From IMG/VR virus record IMGVR_UViG_3300020048_000013: 64,000 bases of DNA. One strand, written 5' to 3'. Each line of letters begins with the position of its first letter. Position 1 is the first letter of the stretch. Below, one piece after another: positions 49,616-59,069 of this stretch. The translations under genes and the position numbers were made by a program. This DNA comes from an uncultured virus (IMG/VR IMGVR_UViG_3300020048_000013). Its lineage: Duplodnaviria > Heunggongvirae > Uroviricota > Caudoviricetes. The notes beneath the pieces were generated by a model, which was not told the origin of the DNA, searched no databases, and was given only the letters and a program-made list of their open reading frames with translations.

Positions 49616-49993
49616 TTAATTAGATCTAAAAATATCTATTACATTATTATATTCTGCATCACATCTTTTTATAATATATTTCCTGTCTTTAATTCTTTTA
49701 GCAACTCGTTTAGCATATTCATCGGTCCAAATATTATCTTCGTCTATAACTAGTTTATATATAGTATTCAATTGTTCACTAAATTTGCTCTTTCCGTTTT
49801 TTAAAAATACGTCGTTAGTTATTATTGTATCTATATTATAATTATTTTTTTCGGCATAAATCATAATATAATAAAAATATAATTCTGCGTCTGGTTCTTT
49901 TTTATAATAATAATCATAAAAAACCCCATAATCTTCATCATCTACTTTTATCTGCTCTATAATGTTTTGATATGTTTCTATTAAGTTATTCAT
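49616..49993 (-). CDS. NIWTDEY-family paralogue
   Basis: MNNLIETY, IDEDNIWTDEYA. Confidence 0.75.
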   Translation of the reverse strand: MNNLIETYQNIIEQIKVDDEDYGVFYDYYYKKEPDAELYFYYIMIYAEKNNYNIDTIITNDVFLKNGKSKFSEQLNTIYKLVIDEDNIWTDEYAKRVAKRIKDRKYIIKRCDAEYNNVIDIFRSN

Positions 49994-50327
49994 AATCCAC
50001 TCTATCTATATAAAGATAATCTTTCATGCTATATTTTTTGCAATCTACACGATAATATTGTTTGTTATATTTTCTCGCAACATATTTGGCATATTCATCA
50101 GTCCAAATATTCTTTTTATCTACAATCACAACAATATCCCTTCTTTTTAAATCTTTATAAAATTTGCTTTTTGTTGTTTTTGCATATACATCATTAGTTA
50201 TTACTAATTTTGCTCTAATATTATGGCTACCAAAAGACATGACACTTTCATAACAAACTATATAATACCAGAATAAATCAACATCTTCTTTTAAAATGTT
50301 TTGATATGTTTCTATTAAATTATTCAT
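49986..50327 (-). CDS. NIWTDEY-family paralogue
   Basis: MNNLIETY, VDKKNIWTDEYA. Confidence 0.75.
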   Translation of the reverse strand: MNNLIETYQNILKEDVDLFWYYIVCYESVMSFGSHNIRAKLVITNDVYAKTTKSKFYKDLKRRDIVVIVDKKNIWTDEYAKYVARKYNKQYYRVDCKKYSMKDYLYIDRVDYE

Positions 50328-50694
50328 AACTTAAATCTCCAATATACGAATAATCAGAGTCGTATTTTACACAAGACACATACTTATTATTTTTTTTAGT
50401 TCTTCTGGCGATGTGTTTAGCATATTCATCAGTCCAAATATTATCTTCGTCTATAATTACATCCCATTCATCTAATTGTTCACTAAATTTACTCTTTCCG
50501 TTTAGTAAAAATATATCATTAGTTATTATTTTTTTTATATTATATTTATTAACATCCGAATAAATTAAGATGAAATAAAAATATAATTCATCATCTCGTT
50601 TTTTTTGATATTCATGAAATATTCCATCAATATCTATATCTACTATTATTTCTTCTTTTATAATGTTATTATATGTTTCTATTAAGTTATTCAT
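50320..50694 (-). CDS. NIWTDEY-family paralogue (probable start 50694)
   Basis: MNNLIETY, IDEDNIWTDEYA. Confidence 0.75.
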   Translation of the reverse strand: MNNLIETYNNIIKEEIIVDIDIDGIFHEYQKKRDDELYFYFILIYSDVNKYNIKKIITNDIFLLNGKSKFSEQLDEWDVIIDEDNIWTDEYAKHIARRTKKNNKYVSCVKYDSDYSYIGDLSYE

Positions 50695-50959
50695 AATATT
50701 TCTTATATAAATCCAATGCTTTTTTCTCGTCAACCAAACCAGCTTTAATAAGCTTGGTATAATAGTCAGAAACAGAACTTAAATGATCCAAAGCAATTTT
50801 TTCAGCTTCTTCAAGAAAATCTGTATGTTCAAATTCTACATATATACCTATTTCGAGTTGTTTTTTATCTGCGTCATCGTGAGTAAAATTTTTCTTTTTA
50901 CTATGACCCGCAGTCATTAAATCTTCTAATAATAGTTCATATTGTTTTATTACATTCAT
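50687..50959 (-). CDS. DUF5661-like phage protein
   Basis: QLEIGIYVEFEHT...AEKIALDHL...DYYTKL. Confidence 0.75.
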   Translation of the reverse strand: MNVIKQYELLLEDLMTAGHSKKKNFTHDDADKKQLEIGIYVEFEHTDFLEEAEKIALDHLSSVSDYYTKLIKAGLVDEKKALDLYKKYYE

Positions 50960-50970
50960 TTTTTATTTCC

Positions 50971-51897
50971 TTATGTTCCGAGAACAGATCCCAAATATTC
51001 TATATTTGCAATAAAATGTAAATAACTTGTAGTTTCAAATAAACACAAATCTAAATTTGTATCATCATAATTAATTCCAGCAAATATACCCAAATATTCA
51101 TCTATTACATTATTATATGTAAATATAACCGATCCGCTTTTTATAAAAAAATATTCATTAGCAACAGTGAATGTATAATCCGTTATTTCTGTTTCTTCGT
51201 TGACTAGATAAGAAGCATTTTCGGATTGGGTTGGTGGAACTGTTGTTCCTTTAGTCAGAGTGCTATCTAGAACATTGTTGTGATGTGATAGTGCTGCAGA
51301 ATCATTAGCACCTCTTATTATTTTTATTATAGGAGTGTATGAATATTCGTCTGTTAATGTTGTCGTTTTTAATTTATAATATAGAGTATAGTTAATTCTA
51401 TATACACCACTTTCTAATATTTTTAAAGTATCTAATACAGAATCATTATCTGCTATTCCGAACAAAGCATCGGTGTCTATTGTATCTATTTCTGACGGAT
51501 CGGGTCTTGAAAAATGTATACTAGAAAAATTTAAATCCGTCATGTCTGTCATACAATTATATAAAGTATTTAATGCAGGAGTTACAATTCTAGAAAAATC
51601 TATATTACCGACATTATTATTATTTGAGTCGGAAATTATATTCATAATTCTACTTTTGTAAGAAGCAAATCCCAATGAACTTAAAATTTTATTGTTATCA
51701 TATTCAGAAAAGTCGTCGGTTAAACAATCCGTCGTTAAAAATTTATTCGAAGTTTCATCTATATCTAATTGATTATAAGATGTTATAAAATCAGTATCGG
51801 ATATATCGTGTTTTATTGTATCATCGACAGATTCTATCGGTATAGATATTAAATTTTTTGAATTTGTGTTTGCTGTTGTTTTTATTATCAAACTCAT
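50971..51897 (-). CDS. Putative tail fibre/baseplate-associated structural protein
   Basis: T/S/N/D-rich, beta-rich C-terminus (ILESGVYRINY), clustered with similar genes. Confidence 0.55.
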   Translation of the reverse strand: MSLIIKTTANTNSKNLISIPIESVDDTIKHDISDTDFITSYNQLDIDETSNKFLTTDCLTDDFSEYDNNKILSSLGFASYKSRIMNIISDSNNNNVGNIDFSRIVTPALNTLYNCMTDMTDLNFSSIHFSRPDPSEIDTIDTDALFGIADNDSVLDTLKILESGVYRINYTLYYKLKTTTLTDEYSYTPIIKIIRGANDSAALSHHNNVLDSTLTKGTTVPPTQSENASYLVNEETEITDYTFTVANEYFFIKSGSVIFTYNNVIDEYLGIFAGINYDDTNLDLCLFETTSYLHFIANIEYLGSVLGT

Positions 51898-54026
51898 TAT
51901 GAACTTACTCCTATTTTTTTAATGGTATATTTACATAAAGTTTTTGGATATAATCCCCCTGCTGTTGGCGTAATACTGCTAAAAAATTTTACATATCTCT
52001 GTGGATCATAAACTTGAGCAGATATTGGAAAGGTTGCTGTAGAATTAACAGCAATAATGTTTGAATATAATGGAATAAATACATAAAAATATCCATCAAC
52101 ATCTGGTATATTAAAATACTTATAAGATGTATTAGTATCAATACCAAATTGCTCCGTTGGTAATAGTTCTATTTCGTCATCATGCTCGAAATTTATATAT
52201 GAATCATGTACCGTAAACTGATTATTTGTAGAATTTACTTTAAGTATATAATATCCTGTCGTCAAAATCTTTTTCAATCTTAAATTTAATTTATCCCATG
52301 TATTTGATGCTGTTGGTTTTGATAAACTTTGTGTATGATTAAATGTCGCCATATAATCTCCACTAGGCACAATCATTCCGCCATCATCTAATTTTTTATA
52401 ATTATTGCGTTTCATATACCAAGAAGAATTTTTTTCACTATTTTCGTGCACATATGCCGATGCGCTCGACGTGACTGCTCCTACTGTTCGAAATGTGGTT
52501 GGAGAGTTGTTTATTATAGATAAATTCATATTTGTATTATTTTCTGAAATATAATCTATATAATTCCAAGGAGTACTTGCGCCATCAGCATTATAAAAAA
52601 TATTTTTTCTATATAAATAACTAGTTTTTCTACGCAAATTTTCTAAAAATATATCATAATCACTAGATGAATTCACGATAACATCTTTATAATCATATCC
52701 CCATGGAGCGCTTGTTGTTCCTACTGATGTATTATCTGTTACGGAAATACTTACCCAGTTTGTCGTTGCTTCAAACCCAAGCCATTTTCTTTTAAAATTA
52801 TTCATCCATAAATTATCGTATGGTGAATGACCATATTCGTTATTAAAATAATTTAAATATGTCGACCAATTTGTGCCAAATAATAATTGAGTACAATATC
52901 CAGGACCATTAGACGCACTATAAATTCCGCGCGGAAGAAAAAGACAATATACATTTGGTGCCCCAGTAATACCATAATCTAGTTTTCCACAAGTCATATA
53001 TTGAGAAAAATTTTCATCTGATATAACATAACCAAAACTTTTGTTTTCAATAGAATTTGCAGATATTTCTGCCTCGTTTATTATTTCCGTCATTTGTTGT
53101 GCTAAAAATTCACAATTATTAACATTAGTTGTTGAATAAATTTCTATATCGTTTGTTATATTTTCTGTTGATAGTATGTTCTTATATGCATCGCCATCAA
53201 ACATTTTATGAATACTTTTTTCTACAATTTCTGTCGCAATGTTTATATAAAATTCTTCCCCAGTTGGAGAAGTTATTGATAATGTTCCGTCTCCATCAGT
53301 ACCTTCAGTTCCGCTATTAATCACTGTTGTAGTAAAATTTTGAAATGGCATTGTATAAATTATTTCTGCTTTGCTTGAAGGAAGATATCCAATAGCATTA
53401 TAATTTTGTATTTCTGTGGTTGATAATATATCACTATATAACACAATATCTTTACTATAATATGTATTATTTAAACCTATATTAAATCCAATAAATCTAT
53501 CTCCGTCTATTGAAGTCAAATCCCAATCTGTTGCCGTTTCGTATGTATATTGTCGAATGGGTTCTGAATTTTTTCTAACAAGTATTTCATATTGAAAACC
53601 GCCAGGTATTGCAGTTTTTTCAATTGTGATACAAAAACTTGTTGATAGATTCAAATCTGCTGTTGTTATAAAATCAGAAAAAGTTTTGTTTATTATAGGA
53701 TATAAACTTATTATTAAATCGCTATTTACTATACTAACTCTCAAATATTTATCTAATAGAGGATCGGTTACTCCATTATGTTGATAGAATAAATCATATG
53801 TTTGTGATAATGATCCAGCAATAATATTATTACATATTGTTCTATTGACATTGAATAAATCATATATAGCAGTCGACATGCTAATTTTTGCTTGTAGCGG
53901 ATTAGAAAAAAGAAAATAACCATTATAAATACTGCTAGTATGATCAGATATCATAGAATAATCTATTGTTGGTCCTGCAACAAAATTTTGGTTAGATGTT
54001 GATTCATTTTTATAAACTAACGACAT
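51897..54026 (-). CDS. Putative tail fibre/receptor-binding protein
   Basis: LamG-like segment (IVLYSDILSTTEI...NSGTEGTDGDGT); T/S/N/Y-rich. Confidence 0.55.
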   Translation of the reverse strand: MSLVYKNESTSNQNFVAGPTIDYSMISDHTSSIYNGYFLFSNPLQAKISMSTAIYDLFNVNRTICNNIIAGSLSQTYDLFYQHNGVTDPLLDKYLRVSIVNSDLIISLYPIINKTFSDFITTADLNLSTSFCITIEKTAIPGGFQYEILVRKNSEPIRQYTYETATDWDLTSIDGDRFIGFNIGLNNTYYSKDIVLYSDILSTTEIQNYNAIGYLPSSKAEIIYTMPFQNFTTTVINSGTEGTDGDGTLSITSPTGEEFYINIATEIVEKSIHKMFDGDAYKNILSTENITNDIEIYSTTNVNNCEFLAQQMTEIINEAEISANSIENKSFGYVISDENFSQYMTCGKLDYGITGAPNVYCLFLPRGIYSASNGPGYCTQLLFGTNWSTYLNYFNNEYGHSPYDNLWMNNFKRKWLGFEATTNWVSISVTDNTSVGTTSAPWGYDYKDVIVNSSSDYDIFLENLRRKTSYLYRKNIFYNADGASTPWNYIDYISENNTNMNLSIINNSPTTFRTVGAVTSSASAYVHENSEKNSSWYMKRNNYKKLDDGGMIVPSGDYMATFNHTQSLSKPTASNTWDKLNLRLKKILTTGYYILKVNSTNNQFTVHDSYINFEHDDEIELLPTEQFGIDTNTSYKYFNIPDVDGYFYVFIPLYSNIIAVNSTATFPISAQVYDPQRYVKFFSSITPTAGGLYPKTLCKYTIKKIGVSS

Positions 54027-55519
54027 TAAGCAGTTTCCTCAAAATATTGAATAGATATTTCATTATTAACACAGTTTGTATAAGTATATATTCCTATCAA
54101 AGTATCTGGATAAGTGTAAGATCCGTCACCAACAAGAATCATGTGTTGAACTTTTATATTATTTACTTCAGAGTTATCCATATATATACCATAACCAGAT
54201 TTCGATGCTGTTACTCCATATCCATAATTTTTAAATTGCGTGAAATGTATATTACTATCATATAGATTATCTATATCAATAATTCTACTAACTTTAAAAT
54301 CTCCATCAACATATACATTTTTAAAAGTTATATTTTCTGCATATTGTATTTTAATAGGAATTGTTGTTGAAGTTATTCCAGAACCTATCACAAATCTCAA
54401 ATTTTCTATTGTAATATTTTTTACTAAATGTGTTCCGTCTGTTCCCTTTATATTAAAAAGGAAAGCATCATTATCTATTGTTAGTGAGTGACCATTTGCC
54501 ATTAATGTAATACCGAAATTTCCCGTTCCTATTGTGTCAATAAAAATTGTATTTTCTGTCAATGTCAAATCGCTTGTAAGGAAAATTATACGATCACTTC
54601 CAAAAGAACTATTATCATTTGCAATACTATCAATAGCATCTTGTATTGTCGGATATTGTCCGTAAGTACCGACGGTCAGAATGTATTTTCCGCTCGACAA
54701 ATAAACTTTATCTATTCCGTCTGTGGTATAGTAATAATCGCCAGCAACATCGTCATATTGAAATATATTATTTTCTTCTCCGACATTTTTTACGAAAGAA
54801 GAAGCATCTGTTCTTCCGAAATAACACAAAGCATTTTGTAAATATTTGTAAATATCTGGACTTGTGGATTCGTTTTTAATAACAACTCTGAACAATATTT
54901 CATTTGTAGTTTCTGCATATCTATAATAATAATCGTTATATAAATTATAAATTACACTATATTGTCTGAATATAAATTTATCGTTAATTGAATAGAAATA
55001 ACCAGTCGAATCAGTAAATTCTCCAGCGATTGTTGATGTATTAGTATCTAAAATATCAGTAATATCAGCCCAATTAACACCATCATCCAAACTTTTTTGC
55101 AAGCGAATGGTTAAATCGTGAGCATCATCATTTTCTTTTATGAAAAATAAAGATAGATTTAATGTTCCGTTATTAGAAAGTCTTTCTAAATCATTAAAGG
55201 AAATTTCCTGACTCAATTCTTTTCCGCTATTTATTCCAAAAATATCGGTATAATTATCGGCAGTCAGATATTTATAATCATCGCCATCAATAATACATCC
55301 GTCATAAGTAGGTTCTGATGGGTCGGGATTAATCCATTTTGATAGAATAACATTATTTTCTGACGGATCGCCATATTGAGCATTTTTTAATTTATTTTTG
55401 AAATAATTATTTTTCAATAAATTAGTATAACCCAATAAATCCATACTCTTAACAAACTCGTTATATAAATTTTTAATATTGTTTATAGTCGTAGTATGTT
55501 CTATCTCATATCTTTTCAT
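54026..55519 (-). CDS. Putative tail fibre/spike protein with a beta-helix-like C-terminus
   Basis: LTVGTYGQYPTIQDAIDSI followed by NITIENL/NITFKNV repeats. Confidence 0.6.
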   Translation of the reverse strand: MKRYEIEHTTTINNIKNLYNEFVKSMDLLGYTNLLKNNYFKNKLKNAQYGDPSENNVILSKWINPDPSEPTYDGCIIDGDDYKYLTADNYTDIFGINSGKELSQEISFNDLERLSNNGTLNLSLFFIKENDDAHDLTIRLQKSLDDGVNWADITDILDTNTSTIAGEFTDSTGYFYSINDKFIFRQYSVIYNLYNDYYYRYAETTNEILFRVVIKNESTSPDIYKYLQNALCYFGRTDASSFVKNVGEENNIFQYDDVAGDYYYTTDGIDKVYLSSGKYILTVGTYGQYPTIQDAIDSIANDNSSFGSDRIIFLTSDLTLTENTIFIDTIGTGNFGITLMANGHSLTIDNDAFLFNIKGTDGTHLVKNITIENLRFVIGSGITSTTIPIKIQYAENITFKNVYVDGDFKVSRIIDIDNLYDSNIHFTQFKNYGYGVTASKSGYGIYMDNSEVNNIKVQHMILVGDGSYTYPDTLIGIYTYTNCVNNEISIQYFEETA

Positions 55520-55540
55520 TAATTTCCTTCTGTTTAATTA

Positions 55541-56833
55541 TTAACAACCACCAGTACTTGGTCCGCCACAGCTACCGCCACCGCCACCTGATCCACCACA
55601 ACTACCTCTCCAATCTTCGGTGCTGCAACTATCAACGAATCCTCCGACATCTTTTTTTAATTTTTTTCTTTTTTTAAATCTTTTCTTTTTAACATCTTCA
55701 TTAATGCCGTTATAATTTTCATTTATTCTATTATAATTAACTTTAAGTTTACCTTCCCAGTCTTTTGTTACTTCTGCATTTTCGTTAATAATTAATTCAT
55801 AAATAGTACCCATTTCCATTACTTTTGAAGGTTCTTCGAGAGATGCTTTCCAAGAAACTTTCATACCTTCAATTAATTGATTTTTAGTACGACAAACAGG
55901 ACAATGATATTCGTTTGATTTATAATTTTCATACATCTTTTCTACATTAGAAGGATCTAATGTGCCATGAGGTTTTCTGAAAAAAACTTGTGATGCACCG
56001 CATTCCTTAGCAAATTTGATATATTTTTCTATATCTTCTTTCGTATTTAAATTTTCATTTAAAACTGCGCTGAATGTAACATCAATACCAACTTTATTTA
56101 ATTCATTTGCAACATTTTTTAATTCGCTTTCTGAAATCATTTTAGATCCAAAAATAGAATCATTAATTTTATCAGAATAGTGATGTCTAGAAATGTTTAC
56201 ATGGTCAATCTTGCCTTCTAATTTTGAAACAAATTCCGAGATTTTATAACCGTTAGTAGTTAGAACTGAATGAGGAAAAGTATCCTTGTCTATAAGATTT
56301 AAAACTTCATTTAAATAAGGACTCATTGTAGGTTCTCCGCCCGTCAAGCTCAATTGATAAAATTGTGATGGTAGAGATTCTAAAACGTTACCTAATTTTT
56401 GTATATAATTACTACATCCAGTCGATTTTTTCCAAAAACAAAAATTACACTTGCCATTACATCCACCAGGAAGAACTATAGATAAATTTGGATTCGTTAT
56501 AGTATTCTCAAATAAATCTTGTTCGTCTAAAATAGTTTCATTCATAACACCATCATTATTATTAAACAAATTTTGTTCATCTAATTCCTTCATCTTTTCT
56601 ATAAATTTCTCTTTTGATAATGACCATGATTGTCCTTTATCTGGACCGTTTATGATTTCAAAGGTCATCATATTAGGATCATATTTACGATATCCCCAAA
56701 ATTTAACTCTTCTTGCACCAATGCTAAGTTCTTCACCATGTTTCGGAAATTTAATCTTAGCTTCATCTAAAATAGTTTCTTCGCAATTTTCATTCAGAAT
56801 TATTTCTTTATAAACTTCGTTTAAGTTGCTCAT
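55541..56833 (-). CDS. Radical SAM protein with putative head-targeting N-terminus and Cys/Gly-rich C-terminal tail
   Basis: CNGKCNFC (CxxxCxxC), LTGGEPT, LTTNG, NISRHH; probable start MSNLNEVY. Confidence 0.9.
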   Translation of the reverse strand: MSNLNEVYKEIILNENCEETILDEAKIKFPKHGEELSIGARRVKFWGYRKYDPNMMTFEIINGPDKGQSWSLSKEKFIEKMKELDEQNLFNNNDGVMNETILDEQDLFENTITNPNLSIVLPGGCNGKCNFCFWKKSTGCSNYIQKLGNVLESLPSQFYQLSLTGGEPTMSPYLNEVLNLIDKDTFPHSVLTTNGYKISEFVSKLEGKIDHVNISRHHYSDKINDSIFGSKMISESELKNVANELNKVGIDVTFSAVLNENLNTKEDIEKYIKFAKECGASQVFFRKPHGTLDPSNVEKMYENYKSNEYHCPVCRTKNQLIEGMKVSWKASLEEPSKVMEMGTIYELIINENAEVTKDWEGKLKVNYNRINENYNGINEDVKKKRFKKRKKLKKDVGGFVDSCSTEDWRGSCGGSGGGGGSCGGPSTGGC

Positions 56834-56834
56834 A

Positions 56835-57518
56835 TTATTGCTCTTTTTTATTATTTTTAGTTTTATTATATTTGTCATTTAAATAATTTATATATTGAAG
56901 AAATTCGTCAGAAGTTTTAATTTTTCCAGCCTTCATCATTTTTTTAGTATAATCGTCGATTTTATGTAGCAATTCTTTTGATTCGGGATGAGCTTTAACT
57001 ACTGCATTAAATGCAGCATTTTTAAAATCTTCCATGTTTTTATATTTACCTTTAAGACCAGCTTCTTTTTCTTTTTTAACAAGAGTGGTTATTGTAGTAA
57101 ATACATTTGCGGGTTGTTTATCTTCTTCAAATTCACCAGCTTCGTTTACTTTTTTTTGTTCTTCTTTTTTAACTTCAGCATCAGCATTGTTTTCTGTATC
57201 TTTATTGTCTGCTTCTACATTAGTATCATTTTCTGTAGCTTCTTCATCTTCGGGTTTAGTAAATTCTTTTTTTGTTATTTCATAATCAGAAATTTTAATG
57301 CTTCCCAAATGATTTTTTTGAGAGTATTTTTTAGCAGAATTATAAGTTCCGAACCATTTTACATCTTTTTCTTCTGGGTCGGCACACCATTTGTTATAAC
57401 GGCATAATACCTGTCCGTCATCACCTTCGATATAAAAATTTTTAGATCCTTCGTATAATTCTTCTCCATCATTTCCTTCGAAAATAATTTCTGTATAGAG
57501 TTTGTTTAAGTCTGTCAT
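56835..57518 (-). CDS. Charged protein with putative head-targeting N-terminus
   Basis: MTDLNKLYTEIIFE, VNEA; TATAAATA at 57540-57547. Confidence 0.65.
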   Translation of the reverse strand: MTDLNKLYTEIIFEGNDGEELYEGSKNFYIEGDDGQVLCRYNKWCADPEEKDVKWFGTYNSAKKYSQKNHLGSIKISDYEITKKEFTKPEDEEATENDTNVEADNKDTENNADAEVKKEEQKKVNEAGEFEEDKQPANVFTTITTLVKKEKEAGLKGKYKNMEDFKNAAFNAVVKAHPESKELLHKIDDYTKKMMKAGKIKTSDEFLQYINYLNDKYNKTKNNKKEQ

Positions 57519-57542
57519 AATAATGTCCTTGTTTTATATTAT

Positions 57543-59060
57543 TTATATTTTTGTTTTTCTTAAAAGCTTCAATTCATGTTCGAAATAGAATTTTTTAAAA
57601 ACTTTAAATTTTGGTATTTCTGGATTTGTATCGTCTATTCTTTTTATAAATCCGATATAGTGTTCCATTTTTGAATTTTTTATCTTGACAATATATCCAA
57701 CTTTTAGTTCTGTTGGTTTTATTTTATGAACATCTTTAGCTTTTTGTGATTTAACGGTTTTATTATCGAAGTTAATAACTACAGAATTATCAAACGATTT
57801 ATAAACTGTTCCCGAAGATGCGTCGTCATTATCAACGACATATACTCTATCGCCAGGAGCGAATATTTCTTCATTATCTAATTTGCTTAAATTCTTTTTC
57901 CATAAATATTCAAGATTGTTACTAAAATCTAAATTAACTCCAACCACATTATTAGAAACTGATGTAACCGTTCCTGTATCTCCAACCTCATAATAAGCAG
58001 AATTTTCGTCGTCTTTTGCAAGAATTTCTACTTTATCGCCAATTTTAAAATCATCTGTTTTTTTAACTTCTGTCTTTTTTTTATTTTCTAAATGAACTAT
58101 GTGCGATTTGTGAGTTGTGAATGTTCCGCCTCTATCAAATCTTACTCTAAAATATCCATCATCAATATCAGAAACTATTACTCCCGGACCATCTATTAAA
58201 GATACGACTTTATCACCAACTTTAAAATTTTTGTCTTCTTTATTGTCTTTTTTATTATCTTTTTTATTATCTTTTTTATCGTCTATTTTATCGTCTTCTA
58301 TAAGTTCTAATGTAGAATCGTGGCATGTAAATATTTCATTACCAAATCTTACTTTATACCATTGGTCTTTTGTATAATATAACACCGTCCCGATATCATG
58401 TAATATCTTGTGGCGAACTCTTTCTCCAGCAGTGAATTTTCTTTCTTCTGGATCAGCTTTTTCTTCTGGTTGTTTTTTATCAAAAAAATCTTTTTTAGCT
58501 AATTTTTCTTTTGGTAGAGTGTGATATTCTCCGTCGCCATAAAATTTTACTGAATTTTTATTTATTATTTCCACAACAGATCCCAAAGGACCAAATGGAT
58601 AATCTTTCATATATATAATATCGCCAATATTAAAACCAACTCTACTCAACTGATGTATATTTGTTTTTTTGAATGATACCGAAGATAACACTTCTTTAAA
58701 ACCAAGATTATCAAAACTAACACTCAACCAAATATCGTTATATATGTCAAAAATAGTTCCTCTTACACCTTTATATTTTTTGCCAGTATATTCTACTCTA
58801 TCACCAATTTTAAACTCGCTTTTCTTTTCTAATTTGTCTTTATTTTCTACCAAAGACAAGTCTCGTTCCATCCAAAATGTCCAAGTTCCATCATCTAATT
58901 TAACAGAATGCTCTATATCATTTTCGCCTTGATAAAATTTAGACATACCATTACTTTTAATTGTTCCATATTTTCTATAATGTTTGTTAAAAACTACATC
59001 ATTAATTTTAAACTTACTTTCTTCGTTTAATATAGTATTATATACATCTGTTATATTCAT
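57543..59060 (-). CDS. Tandem KOW/SH3-like repeat protein (about 8 modules)
   Basis: Repeated F-K-[IV]-G-D-[RK]-V...G-T-[VI] units. Confidence 0.8.
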   Translation of the reverse strand: MNITDVYNTILNEESKFKINDVVFNKHYRKYGTIKSNGMSKFYQGENDIEHSVKLDDGTWTFWMERDLSLVENKDKLEKKSEFKIGDRVEYTGKKYKGVRGTIFDIYNDIWLSVSFDNLGFKEVLSSVSFKKTNIHQLSRVGFNIGDIIYMKDYPFGPLGSVVEIINKNSVKFYGDGEYHTLPKEKLAKKDFFDKKQPEEKADPEERKFTAGERVRHKILHDIGTVLYYTKDQWYKVRFGNEIFTCHDSTLELIEDDKIDDKKDNKKDNKKDNKEDKNFKVGDKVVSLIDGPGVIVSDIDDGYFRVRFDRGGTFTTHKSHIVHLENKKKTEVKKTDDFKIGDKVEILAKDDENSAYYEVGDTGTVTSVSNNVVGVNLDFSNNLEYLWKKNLSKLDNEEIFAPGDRVYVVDNDDASSGTVYKSFDNSVVINFDNKTVKSQKAKDVHKIKPTELKVGYIVKIKNSKMEHYIGFIKRIDDTNPEIPKFKVFKKFYFEHELKLLRKTKI

Positions 59061-59069
59061 AATTTCTCT

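Noticed and set aside
48641..50455. 36-bp repeats as a CRISPR array or DGR template/variable repeats
   Set aside because: Repeats are in-frame coding, spaced 330-700 bp apart; no cas or reverse transcriptase gene in the window and no adenine-specific variation
55945..55962. DPSN in the radical SAM protein, and LPSD/APSD/YPSD elsewhere
   Set aside because: Do not match D-P-S-[D/E]; excluded from the count of 18
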